Below the pieces are notes generated by a model that did not search any database, was not told where the DNA came from, and saw only the letters and a list, made by a program, of their open reading frames with translations. A program made the translations under genes and the position numbers. A stretch of 64,000 nucleotides of DNA from an uncultured Candidatus Saccharibacteria bacterium (GTDB lineage Bacteria; Patescibacteriota; Minisyncoccia; UBA6257; 2-01-FULL-56-20), in contig CAZHBZ010000003.1 of NCBI GenBank assembly GCA_964530925.1, forward strand, positions 33-64,032, read 5' to 3'. How positions within the stretch are numbered: position 1 is the first letter of the stretch; each line of letters opens with the position of its first letter. Below, one piece after another: positions 26,431-35,163 of this stretch.

Positions 26431-26440
26431 ATATAAAAAA

Positions 26441-26457
26441 GCCGCCCGTTGGGCGGC
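26441..26457. terminator. GC hairpin GCCGCCCgttGGGCGGC, bidirectional terminator
   Basis: between convergent glyQS and the minus-strand paralog. Confidence 0.5.
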
Positions 26458-26464
26458 TACGTAG

Positions 26465-26887
26465 TCAGTGGGTCAGATACTCGACGAACTCTTTTGCCGT
26501 TTTCGTGGCGAAAAGTTTCTTGAGAAACTGACTTGGCGACGCAGAACCGTTGAGGAGGTGCATTCGGAAGATCACGGAAGTCGCAATGATTCCCTCCGTG
26601 GATACGGCGTGAAGCGAAGACGGCGTCCCAAGGAGCGCGAGTACGAGTCGCGATTCGAGCTCCCTCGTTTCTTTCGTTCCGACTCGCGTCTTCCATTCGC
26701 TAAGCGCGACCGTGATTGCCGCCTTGAGCTTTGCGAATCCTTCGCCGACTTCCTTCGCGGCGGCATCCAGCTCGTTTGGTTTGGTGGCGGATGAATCAGT
26801 CTCGGCCGAATCGGCCATTTCTTCTCCTCTCGTTTTCTCAAGTTTTTGCGCTGTCGCCATTTTACAACCTTTCTTTAGAGAAGTCAA
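26465..26887 (-). CDS. hypothetical protein, paralog A of a tandem pair
   Basis: shares W..RVGT.E...LE.RLVL....LFAT..A.EF..L core and C-terminus with 26919..27272. Confidence 0.45.
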   Translation of the reverse strand: MTSLKKGCKMATAQKLEKTRGEEMADSAETDSSATKPNELDAAAKEVGEGFAKLKAAITVALSEWKTRVGTKETRELESRLVLALLGTPSSLHAVSTEGIIATSVIFRMHLLNGSASPSQFLKKLFATKTAKEFVEYLTH

Positions 26888-26918
26888 GTCAAAAAGAGCC
26901 CCGAGGGGGCTCTCGCTG

Positions 26919-27272
26919 TCATTCGATGAGACGCTTCAGGAATTCTTCCGCGTTGTTTGTGGCGAAAAGTTCCTGAAGGGCGAGTTCGGGAACAGCGTTC
27001 GGGTGGAGGAACCTTCTGGTCGCGAAAACCAAGGTTACGATTTCATCAGATTCTGTGGCGCGCAGAGAAGGTGACCAGATGTTTTTGTTCCCCCAGTTTT
27101 CGACGAGAACCAGCATTCTGCCGTATTCGGTCTCTCCAACTTTTCTTCGCCACGTTCCAAATCCAGTGGCTACCGTTTCATAAAGTTCCTCGAGGTCCTG
27201 CTCAACGTGTTCGAAGGTTGCGTTGATGCGCGCGAGCTTCAGATCCGAATCGTTCCTCGTCGGTTCCGACAT
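26919..27272 (-). CDS. hypothetical protein, paralog B of a tandem pair
   Basis: clear similarity to 26465..26887; separated from it by a GC hairpin (GAGCCCCGAGGGGGCTC). Confidence 0.45.
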   Translation of the reverse strand: MSEPTRNDSDLKLARINATFEHVEQDLEELYETVATGFGTWRRKVGETEYGRMLVLVENWGNKNIWSPSLRATESDEIVTLVFATRRFLHPNAVPELALQELFATNNAEEFLKRLIE

Positions 27273-27491
27273 TTCCTTTTCCTCCCTTCGTGATTTTTAA
27301 GGACTCGTTAAAGCATAGAAGCGTCTCACGTTTCCGTCAATTGGTATTTTGCGCGATTTTACCTGAACAACACGCCTTTTTGACTTAGGGCGGTTTTTGG
27401 CATTAAATTATATGACAAAAGAGAGAGCGACCAACGCCTTCGGCGGGGTATAAGGTTTTATAAGCTCACTTTGTTTCACATAAAATCTAAT

Positions 27492-28499
27492 ATGTTTTCA
27501 AGAAAAATCGGCATAGATCTTGGCACCGCGAACACTGTTGTTTTTGTTCCCGGCAAGGGTTTCATAATCAATGAACCGACCATTGTGGCGCTTAGTAAAC
27601 CTGAGAATGCTGTCCTTGCGGTGGGCATAGAGGCCAAAGAAATGATTGGCCGCACCCCCGAGGAGATTGTCGCCTATAGGCCCCTTAGGGACGGCGTCAT
27701 CGCCGATTATTACGTGACCAAGGCGCTTTTAACTTATTTCATAGGCAAGGCCACTTCCTGGTGGAATCCGGCGAAGCCCGAAGTGGTTATTTCCGTTCCG
27801 GCCGGAATTACTCAGACCGAGCGTCGCGCGGTTATAAACGCCGCGAGGGAGGCGGGTGCCCGGAGCGCGTACATCGTTAAAGAGCCGGTTTTGGCCGCCT
27901 TGGGCGCGGGGATTCCGATAAACGCGAGAAGCGGTCATATGATTATCAATATCGGCGGCGGAACTTCCGAAGTCGCGGTTATCGCGCTCGGTAATATCGT
28001 TTCCTGGACTTCGCTTCGGGTGGCCGGCAACAAATTCGATATCGCGGTAAGCGATTATGTAAAAAAGAAATACGGTCTGGCTATCGGCGAGCAAACTTCG
28101 GAGAACGTGAAAATAGAAATAGGCTCCGCGCTTCCGACCAAGCATAAAATGGAATATCAGCTGCGTGGCCGGGATTTGGCGACCGGACTTCCGAAGGATA
28201 TTATTTTGAATTCCAACGAAATTGCCGAAGCGCTCCAGCCTCTTTTAATAGATATCGCCGAATCGGTGCAGAGCGTTTTTAATGAAACCCCTCCCGAACT
28301 TGTGGCCGACATCATGGAAAAGGGGATAATCCTTTCGGGCGGCAGCGCCCAGCTTCACAATCTAACGGAATTTTTCGAAAGATTTTTGGGGGTAGCGACT
28401 TACACTGCCGAAGATCCGCTTTTCTGCGTGGCCAAAGGCACCGGCCTCATTTTGAGCCATTTGGATTCGTATAAGCGCACGCTTTTGAATAAGAGATAA
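27492..28499 (+). CDS. mreB: rod shape-determining protein MreB
   Basis: actin-fold phosphate-1 motif GIDLGTANT, canonical MreB sequence throughout. Confidence 0.9.
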   Translation: MFSRKIGIDLGTANTVVFVPGKGFIINEPTIVALSKPENAVLAVGIEAKEMIGRTPEEIVAYRPLRDGVIADYYVTKALLTYFIGKATSWWNPAKPEVVISVPAGITQTERRAVINAAREAGARSAYIVKEPVLAALGAGIPINARSGHMIINIGGGTSEVAVIALGNIVSWTSLRVAGNKFDIAVSDYVKKKYGLAIGEQTSENVKIEIGSALPTKHKMEYQLRGRDLATGLPKDIILNSNEIAEALQPLLIDIAESVQSVFNETPPELVADIMEKGIILSGGSAQLHNLTEFFERFLGVATYTAEDPLFCVAKGTGLILSHLDSYKRTLLNKR

Positions 28500-28500
28500 A

Positions 28501-28533
28501 AAGTAGGTAGTAAGTAGTAGGTCGTAGGTAGTT
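28501..28533 (+). repeat. AGTAGGTAGT-type strand-asymmetric low-complexity repeat (G-form), left inverted terminus of a 550 bp cassette
   Basis: AAGTAGGTAGTAAGTAGTAGGTCGTAGGTAGTT; reverse complement of 29001..29050 matches about 20 of 23 positions. Confidence 0.55.
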
Positions 28534-28783
28534 ATAATGCTTAGTCGATTTTTTGACTTTCTTGTTGCTGCGACATAAACCGTTCTTACAACCTTGGCGT
28601 GATGGGGGTGGGCTGAACCGGATCCCCACCCTCCGCTTAACGGAATGCCTTGTAGTCAGACTGCCAGGAGACGTCGACGGTTCGGCTCCGAAGGGTGCGG
28701 CAAGCCCTCTCAGACGTATTCGGTCCCCGGAAGGACGCGTTTCTAGAGCGCGACACCCCGGTTTTTTCTTACCTTTATGACTA

Positions 28784-28812
28784 TTGACAAGTTATTATTA
28801 TAGTGTTATACT
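28784..28812 (+). promoter_or_regulatory. consensus-like sigma70 promoter TTGACA-17nt-TATACT
   Basis: seen directly; inside the intergenic cassette. Confidence 0.55.
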
Positions 28813-28818
28813 TTTCTC

Positions 28819-28963
28819 GCAAAAACAGTGGAGATGTTGCGGTTACGCCAATGAGTCTACGCCCCAAAACGGGCAAGTGACTTTTACCCTCAGGGGTCAA
28901 CGGCCCCGCAACTCCACAAAGTTATGCCGCCCGGGTCCAACCCCCGGGCGTATTTCTTTTTTA
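28819..28963 (+). ncRNA. candidate small RNA (about 145 nt) with its own promoter and intrinsic terminator; family unassigned
   Basis: promoter at 28784-28812; long-range pairing GUGGAGAUGUUGCGG...CCGCAACUCCAC; terminator GCCCGGGTCCAACCCCCGGGC + T7 at 28929-28963. Confidence 0.45.
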
Positions 28964-29000
28964 AGGACTATTTTTGTCATATACTGTACTTGAATTTGGC

Positions 29001-29050
29001 TACTTACCATTAACTACTTACGACTAACGACTCACTACTTACTAACTACT
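29001..29050 (+). repeat. ACTACCTACT-type repeat (C-form), right inverted terminus of the cassette, abutting the holB start
   Basis: TACTTACCATTAACTACTTACGACTAACGACTCACTACTTACTAACTACT. Confidence 0.55.
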
Positions 29051-29920
29051 GTGCTCTTAGGCCCGGATAAAAACCTGGAAACCTTAAAGGATCTCGCGAA
29101 GGCGGATTCGCTTCCGCATGGGTTCATTTTTTATGGGCCGGAGATGGTCGGCAAGTTTACGGCCGCGAAAGCGCTTGCCGCGTATTTCGAAAAAAAGGAT
29201 TGGGATTTCGGGGGAATTCTGGAAGACGCGCGTATAATAGAGCCTGACGAGGAGGGGACGATAGGCATAGACGCGGTCCGGGAGATAAAAACTTTCGTTT
29301 ATCAAAAACCGAATTTCAGCAAATACAGGACGCTCATTTTGGACGAAGCGGAGCGGATGACCGAAGCGGCGGAGAACGCGCTTCTTAAGGTCGCCGAAGA
29401 GCCGCCGGAATCGAGTTTAATAATTTTGATAGTCCGGGAGCCGGAACTTCTCTCGGCCACCTTGCGTTCCCGTTTTCAAAAAATATATTTCGGAGAATGG
29501 AATCTGGAGGAGCTCGAAGAGCATTTAAAAAAAGAGAATGGCTTTACGGCGGCGGAGGCGAAGAAGCTTGCCAAACTTTCCGGCGGAAAGATCGGCCTCG
29601 CAATCCGGCTTAAAACCGACGAGGCATTCAAGGAGCGGATGAATACGGCGGTCAAATATCTGGAGTCCACCCCGCAGGCCCGTTCCGAACTTATCAAAAA
29701 GCTCCAGGAAGACGAGGCTTGGAATATAGAAAGGTTCTTAGACGATCTAGCCCTGGCATTCGTGGCAAAATATATGACAAATGGTTTGGCCACGGGCCTT
29801 GCCCCGAGCGTAGTCGGGGGCTTCCACGCCATTATGGAAACCCGCCAAAATTTCGGCTATTATAACCTAAGCTCCAAGATACAGATGGAGGCGCTGTCGC
29901 AAAAACTCACAATGCAGTAG
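29051..29920 (+). CDS. holB: DNA polymerase III delta-prime subunit
   Basis: AAA+ clamp-loader fold: degenerate Walker A FYGPEMVGKF, Walker B ILDEAERM, sensor box; GTG start. Confidence 0.75.
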   Translation: MLLGPDKNLETLKDLAKADSLPHGFIFYGPEMVGKFTAAKALAAYFEKKDWDFGGILEDARIIEPDEEGTIGIDAVREIKTFVYQKPNFSKYRTLILDEAERMTEAAENALLKVAEEPPESSLIILIVREPELLSATLRSRFQKIYFGEWNLEELEEHLKKENGFTAAEAKKLAKLSGGKIGLAIRLKTDEAFKERMNTAVKYLESTPQARSELIKKLQEDEAWNIERFLDDLALAFVAKYMTNGLATGLAPSVVGGFHAIMETRQNFGYYNLSSKIQMEALSQKLTMQ

Positions 29921-30009
29921 GTAGTAAGTAGTGAGTAGTAGGTAGAAAAAATAAAAATCAAATTCGTATATTAGTAATAAATTCGTAATCAGTAGAGACA
30001 AATTAACTC

Positions 30010-30561
30010 ATGGATACCTATCTAAAAGAACTCGAAGACAATTTAAAAGCGGTAGTTTTTAAGTTTAAGGAAGAAATCAAAGGCGTGAGGAGCAGCCGTC
30101 CTTCGCCGGAACTCGTCGAAAACATCTACGTGGAAGCCTATGGGCAGTCCATGCAGGTGAAGCAACTTGGCACGATAACCGTCGGCGGTTCAAGGGAAAT
30201 AGTCATCAGCTTGTGGGATAAAGAGGCCCTACAGCCGGTCGTAAAGGCCATAGAAGCCGCCGGGGCGGGTCTTTCGGTCCAGAGCGACGGTTTGATTGTT
30301 CGGGCGTTTTTGCCTGCCCTGAGCGAAGAGAGGAGGCAGGAGTTTATGAAGCTCGCGAAGCGCATTTCCGAGGACGCGCGCATCCAGGTCCGGATGACTC
30401 GGGAGGAAACGATGAAGAAATTAAAGTCCGCGGAAGACGATGGGATTTTGAACAAAGATATGGCCTTTAAGGCGAAGGAGAAAGCTCAAAAGCTCGTGGA
30501 CAACGCCAACGTGGAGATAGAAAAGGCCCTGGACGCGAAGATAAAAGAATTGGGGGAATAA
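30010..30561 (+). CDS. frr: ribosome recycling factor
   Basis: canonical RRF sequence (VRMTREETMKKLK..., IRVEAYGQ-like core), 183 aa. Confidence 0.9.
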   Translation: MDTYLKELEDNLKAVVFKFKEEIKGVRSSRPSPELVENIYVEAYGQSMQVKQLGTITVGGSREIVISLWDKEALQPVVKAIEAAGAGLSVQSDGLIVRAFLPALSEERRQEFMKLAKRISEDARIQVRMTREETMKKLKSAEDDGILNKDMAFKAKEKAQKLVDNANVEIEKALDAKIKELGE

Positions 30562-30562
30562 A

Positions 30563-30961
30563 ATGGCTAAGCGAAAGCTGTTTAGTAAGAGGGAATTTGA
30601 AGATATGGTAAAACGTGGAGGAGATTTGCACTTCACCACAACTCCTCAGTTTAAGGCCGTAACCGTTCCGCCCCTAAAAGTATATTTCTATGCAAGTCAT
30701 TGGGTAGAGCCCTGTTCTGCCACGGCGGTTACCACTGGGACACTTTATATTTGTCGAAATGGCGAACCGTTTGATATCGATGTTTATTCTTTACGAAATT
30801 CTCCAGAGAATAGGTTAATTGTAGGGTTGAACAAACAAGAAGTTGCGGATTTGGGGTATCATCATGTCGAGGATTTGCCAGAGGTCCTAAATGATCGAGC
30901 GCCAGAATGGGTAAGGGCAAAAATTCAAAAGGCTAGATATGAATACGAGCACAGAATTTAA
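30563..30961 (+). CDS. hypothetical protein (AT-rich insert, gene 1)
   Basis: starts 2 nt after frr stop; lower GC than flanks. Confidence 0.4.
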   Translation: MAKRKLFSKREFEDMVKRGGDLHFTTTPQFKAVTVPPLKVYFYASHWVEPCSATAVTTGTLYICRNGEPFDIDVYSLRNSPENRLIVGLNKQEVADLGYHHVEDLPEVLNDRAPEWVRAKIQKARYEYEHRI

Positions 30962-31592
30962 AAAAGGAGTTTATAAATTTAGGAATGGAGAGTTTGATGA
31001 GGCCAAAAAGATTTTTGAAGATTTGGCATTCGGATATAATTTTGGAGAAGCTTGGGTTTACCTAGGCGCGCTTAAAATTATTGACCTTGAATCTGGTGCA
31101 ACAACAGTTCAGCAGGCGCTAGGTTGTTTTGAAAAGGCTGATCAGCTATCTCCTGAAAGAGTTAATGAGCATCAAGCTCTATATTCTGATTTTGTATTCC
31201 CAATGATTAAGTATTTTGGTAGCAAATATTCTGAATCAAGGTCTGGTGAGAGGAGCGCGAAAAGAAAGACATTTGGAAATTTGGCGCTTGGCGGACTTTC
31301 GCTTTTATTAGGCTCACAAGCCAAAAAAAGTAATGGAAAATTATTAGGGGTGGCTGGCGGCATATTAGGCGCTTATAGCGCTGACCAGAATAGGCAAAAA
31401 GCAGGAGAAATGGTTAAATTAACAGAGTTTTATAAAGATATTATTAGGCAATTAGTTCTATCCGCAACTTCCTATTGTCGCAACAATCGCGAAGTTTATT
31501 TAAATTTTCAAAGTAAAATCAATGAACTAAGAGAAGCAGATAAAATTTTGGCACCACTGTTGGAATCTGGGATGAACTTTATACCTACGTGA
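30939..31592 (+). CDS. hypothetical protein (AT-rich insert, gene 2), central Gly-rich hydrophobic segment
   Basis: overlaps gene 1 by 23 nt and rseP by 4 nt. Confidence 0.4.
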   Translation: MNTSTEFKKGVYKFRNGEFDEAKKIFEDLAFGYNFGEAWVYLGALKIIDLESGATTVQQALGCFEKADQLSPERVNEHQALYSDFVFPMIKYFGSKYSESRSGERSAKRKTFGNLALGGLSLLLGSQAKKSNGKLLGVAGGILGAYSADQNRQKAGEMVKLTEFYKDIIRQLVLSATSYCRNNREVYLNFQSKINELREADKILAPLLESGMNFIPT

Positions 31593-32824
31593 TAATTTTA
31601 TTAGTCATAATCGGTCTGTCTCTCTTAATTTTGGGCCACGAGGCGGGCCATTTTTTGGTCGCGAAGCTTAGCGGAATGAAGGTCCACGAATTCGGGTTCG
31701 GATTCCCGCCCCGGCTTTTCGGAATAAGGCGATATAAGGGCAAGGTTCTGGTCCCGATAGGGGAAGTGACCGAGACGGATGTCGAGGTCAGCCCGCCCAG
31801 CGAGCTGGGCGTGGCAAGCATGATTGTGGAAAAAGAAACGCGGGAGGTGGATGTTTTGGAGACCAAAACTTTTTGGAAGTTCTTTTGGCGAAGAGAAAAG
31901 ACAGATGAGTATTTAGATGGTTTCGATGGCGGTACCGTTTATTCCATAAACCTCTTACCTTTCGGCGGATTTGTGCGCATCGCGGGAGAAAATGACCATA
32001 TGGATAAAGACGGGGAGATAGAAAACATTCCCGAAGAGGAAAGAGCCGGACTTTTTACCAGCAAACCTATCTGGAAGCGTTCGCTCGTGATGCTTGCGGG
32101 GGTTATCGCTAACTTTGTTTTGGGCTGGCTCTTAATTTCTTCCGTTTTTATGGTCGGCATTCCGCCCAAGGTTGTGGTCGGGGGAATCGAGCCCGGCAGT
32201 CCCGCCGAAGCGGTCGGCATATTGGCCGGAGATATAATCAATGATTTTAAAAGCAGTAAAGAGTTCATCGAGTTCGTGAACGCGAACAAAGGCAAAGAAA
32301 TTACTTTAAATATTTTCCGCGAGGGCAAAGACTTAACGATTAAAACTACGCCGAGGATCAATCCGGGGACAGGCAAGGGTGCGTTAGGAATCTATCTGGG
32401 CGACGGGGGAGTGGAAAAGCAGGGATTCTTCGCTGCGCTTGGCACAGGCTTCACCGCTTCGCTTAGCATCATCAAAGATACCGCTCTGGCTTTCTGGGGA
32501 ATGATGAAGAGTATTTTCGTTCATGGCCAAGTTCCGAGAGATGTGGTCGGTCCTGTGGGTATAGTTTCTATTGCCGCTCAAACCGGAAAGCTTGGCATTC
32601 TTTATTTCCTTCAGCTTTTGGCGCTTATATCTTTGAATCTCGCGGTGATGAACCTTTTGCCTTTTCCGGCACTGGACGGTGGACGATTCCTGCTCCTCAT
32701 GGTCGAAAAAGTTAAAGGCTCTCCAGTCAATAAAACTGTTGAAGGTTGGATCAATGCCGCCGGTTTCCTGGCGCTCATTGCATTAATGATTCTCATCACC
32801 ATCCGCGACGTCGGGAGGTTATAA
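31589..32824 (+). CDS. rseP: RIP site-2 zinc metalloprotease RseP (M50) with PDZ domain and an N-terminal in-frame insertion
   Basis: HEAGH zinc motif in TM1, LPFGGFVRIAGE motif, PDZ (GIEPGSPAEAVGILAGDII), C-terminal LDGG motif. Confidence 0.8.
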   Translation: MIILLVIIGLSLLILGHEAGHFLVAKLSGMKVHEFGFGFPPRLFGIRRYKGKVLVPIGEVTETDVEVSPPSELGVASMIVEKETREVDVLETKTFWKFFWRREKTDEYLDGFDGGTVYSINLLPFGGFVRIAGENDHMDKDGEIENIPEEERAGLFTSKPIWKRSLVMLAGVIANFVLGWLLISSVFMVGIPPKVVVGGIEPGSPAEAVGILAGDIINDFKSSKEFIEFVNANKGKEITLNIFREGKDLTIKTTPRINPGTGKGALGIYLGDGGVEKQGFFAALGTGFTASLSIIKDTALAFWGMMKSIFVHGQVPRDVVGPVGIVSIAAQTGKLGILYFLQLLALISLNLAVMNLLPFPALDGGRFLLLMVEKVKGSPVNKTVEGWINAAGFLALIALMILITIRDVGRL

Positions 32825-32911
32825 ATAAAAAAGGGGAGCCCAATGGGCTCCCTGTGCTGTGTTTTGTTTTCTTGTTATTGTCAACGCACTTTTCATTTTT
32901 TGTCTCTCATT

Positions 32912-32939
32912 CCGCTGGTCTCCATATGGAGACCAGCGG
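32912..32939. repeat. perfect palindrome CCGCTGGTCTCCATATGGAGACCAGCGG (copy 1)
   Basis: 28 bp perfect inverted repeat; core TGGTCTCCATATGGAGACCA recurs at 33536. Confidence 0.6.
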
Positions 32940-33000
32940 GTTTTCATCCCTTTACTGCCAAAAATTCAATAAAGACGGCATTTTTTGTTATACTTTAAGC

Positions 33001-33516
33001 ATGGTAAAAAACATGTCCAGGGACAAATTTTCTTGGAAAAATGTTTTAAAGGGAGTCGGCATCTTTGCCGGCGGGATCATTCTGGTGGCGGTAATAGCTT
33101 TTGGCGTCTATGAGATCCAAACGGGTTCGCGCGATAAACGCCTTTCGGAAATGGAAACAACCTTAAAGATTATCCAGGATAGGTTATTCGAAAAGCAGAA
33201 TGCCGGGATATACGGAGGAAAGACTCCCGCGGAAACTATTTATCTTTATTATGAATTTTTGGAAAGCCGGCTTTTCGGGGTGATTGGCACATATTTTATT
33301 CCGGAAAAACGAGCAGAAGAGTTCAAGCGTTATGATGGGGTTTCGGAGAAAGAAATATTGGCTTTCGTAGAAGAACTTCGGGCCGCGGAAATATTGGCGA
33401 GAACCGCCGATCCGAATGCTTCTATTTTTACTATGGATTCTCCTGTTGAATTGAAACTTGTGAAAATGGAAAACGGCGTTTGGGAGTTCGAGTACATAAA
33501 CCGAAAATTAAAATAA
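33001..33516 (+). CDS. hypothetical N-terminally anchored protein
   Basis: ATG at 33001 (MVKNMSRDKF) with TATACT -10 box just upstream; single TM helix. Confidence 0.45.
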   Translation: MVKNMSRDKFSWKNVLKGVGIFAGGIILVAVIAFGVYEIQTGSRDKRLSEMETTLKIIQDRLFEKQNAGIYGGKTPAETIYLYYEFLESRLFGVIGTYFIPEKRAEEFKRYDGVSEKEILAFVEELRAAEILARTADPNASIFTMDSPVELKLVKMENGVWEFEYINRKLK

Positions 33517-33535
33517 CGCATAGACTATTTTCTCC

Positions 33536-33555
33536 TGGTCTCCATATGGAGACCA
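33536..33555. repeat. perfect palindrome TGGTCTCCATATGGAGACCA (copy 2)
   Basis: identical 20 bp core to 32916-32935. Confidence 0.6.
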
Positions 33556-33595
33556 AAACTTTTATGTCCATTTTCCGAATTCAGATAAATTTCCA

Positions 33596-34885
33596 ATGAA
33601 ACAATTTTCTCTCTCAAATAAAAAACGTTTTATTTCAGGCACGAGGCACGACCTCAGAAACTCCTTCACCCTCATCGAACTCCTCGTAGTCCTAGCAATA
33701 GTAGCCATCCTTTCGGTCGTAGTCATAATGACCCTGAATCCTAGCGAACTCCTGAAACAAGCCAGAGACTCCAACAGACTCTCCGACCTCTCCACATTAA
33801 ATACCGCTCTCTCCGCCTACTCCGCAGACGTAAGCGGAGGCTTCATGGGTACAAGCTCCATTGTCTATGTCTCTATCCCTGACACTTCTCCTACCTGCGA
33901 TAACCTGGGGTTACCCACTTCTACCGGCTCAGGTTTTACCTACCGTTGTGTCACGAGTCAAAATCTCAAAAGAGCCGACGGTACGGGCTGGATACCGGTA
34001 GACTTCACTCAGATATCTTTTGGCGCTCCGATCTCCAGTTTGCCCGTGGATCCGGTGAACACCACTACAACCGGAAACTATTACACATATGTCTCTGGCG
34101 GGTCTTTTATCCTGACCGCAATTCCAGAGTCTCAAAAACAAAAGACAGCTCTCTCTTCCAGTCCCAATATCTCCAATTACCCCGGAGTCATAGCTATGGG
34201 AAACAATCTTTCTCTTTCGCCTTTATACAATCCGAGCGGGTTGGTGGGTTATTGGAACTTTGACGATGGTGCGGGGACTGTGGCCAAGGACTCAAGCGGG
34301 AATGGGAATAACGGGACGCTCATGAATTCGCCTGCGTGGCAGACAGCGTCTAATTGTAAGGTGGCGGGATGTTTGTATTTCAATGGGACCAATAATTCGG
34401 TTCGCGTTTCTACGGCTGCGTCTTTGCAGATGGGCACCAGTTCAATGACCGTGAATTTTCTTATAAACTCGGCATCATGGGCTGATTTCAGGGTAATTCT
34501 CGGTGCGCCAAGTGTCGGTGGGTCCACAGGTTATGGAATTGGTCAGCACAGCAACCCGCTCTACACGAATTATGATGTGTACGGATCAACCGGCGGCGTA
34601 CAGGCATTCACAACTGCGAATTTAATAACCGCCAATAGGTGGAATAATGTAACGGTTGTTTTTAGCTTATCTGACAACGTGATTAAAACTTATAAAGATG
34701 GGATACAGATGGATTCACGTGCAATATCAGCCCCCGGTAATGTCCAAAATGCGAATCAGTATATATTCATAGGAAGCTATCTGGGCGCGTCTCAATTTTT
34801 TCAAGGATACTTAGACGACTTCCGCGTTTATAACCGCGCTCTTTCCGTCGCGGAAATTCTTGCGCTGTATAACGCTACCAGATAA
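33596..34885 (+). CDS. type IV pilin-like protein with C-terminal concanavalin A/LamG lectin domain
   Basis: prepilin N-methylation/TM motif FTLIELLVVLAIVAIL; C-terminal LamG signature GYWNFDDGAGT...DSSGNGNNGTL...DDFRVYNRALSVAEILALY. Confidence 0.75.
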   Translation: MKQFSLSNKKRFISGTRHDLRNSFTLIELLVVLAIVAILSVVVIMTLNPSELLKQARDSNRLSDLSTLNTALSAYSADVSGGFMGTSSIVYVSIPDTSPTCDNLGLPTSTGSGFTYRCVTSQNLKRADGTGWIPVDFTQISFGAPISSLPVDPVNTTTTGNYYTYVSGGSFILTAIPESQKQKTALSSSPNISNYPGVIAMGNNLSLSPLYNPSGLVGYWNFDDGAGTVAKDSSGNGNNGTLMNSPAWQTASNCKVAGCLYFNGTNNSVRVSTAASLQMGTSSMTVNFLINSASWADFRVILGAPSVGGSTGYGIGQHSNPLYTNYDVYGSTGGVQAFTTANLITANRWNNVTVVFSLSDNVIKTYKDGIQMDSRAISAPGNVQNANQYIFIGSYLGASQFFQGYLDDFRVYNRALSVAEILALYNATR

Positions 34886-35163
34886 TTTGCTATAATTGGG
34901 GGATGAATCCCGTAGTAGAATTATGATAAGCTTCGCTTTCATGATTTTAGGGGGAATCAAAATATTGAAGTTAGCGGTAGTCATTAGAGCACAATAAGTC
35001 GAACAAATTAATTAATCATAATTTCACTACAGGATGAATAAAAAGAAAAAGATTGCCAAGAAAAAACACGCAAAGAAGGCCGGTAAAAAAGCGTCGGCGA
35101 GATACCGCGGATAGAGAATAGAATTTAGAATCTAGAAAGTAGAATTTAGAAAATAAAATAACA

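Noticed and set aside
28536-28780. tRNA-like / tmRNA-like element GGGGGTGGGCTGAACCGGATCCCCACCCTCC
   Set aside because: The loop CTGAACCGGAT does not match a T-loop (TTCRANT) and no acceptor/CCA context exists. It is probably just a stable hairpin within the cassette.
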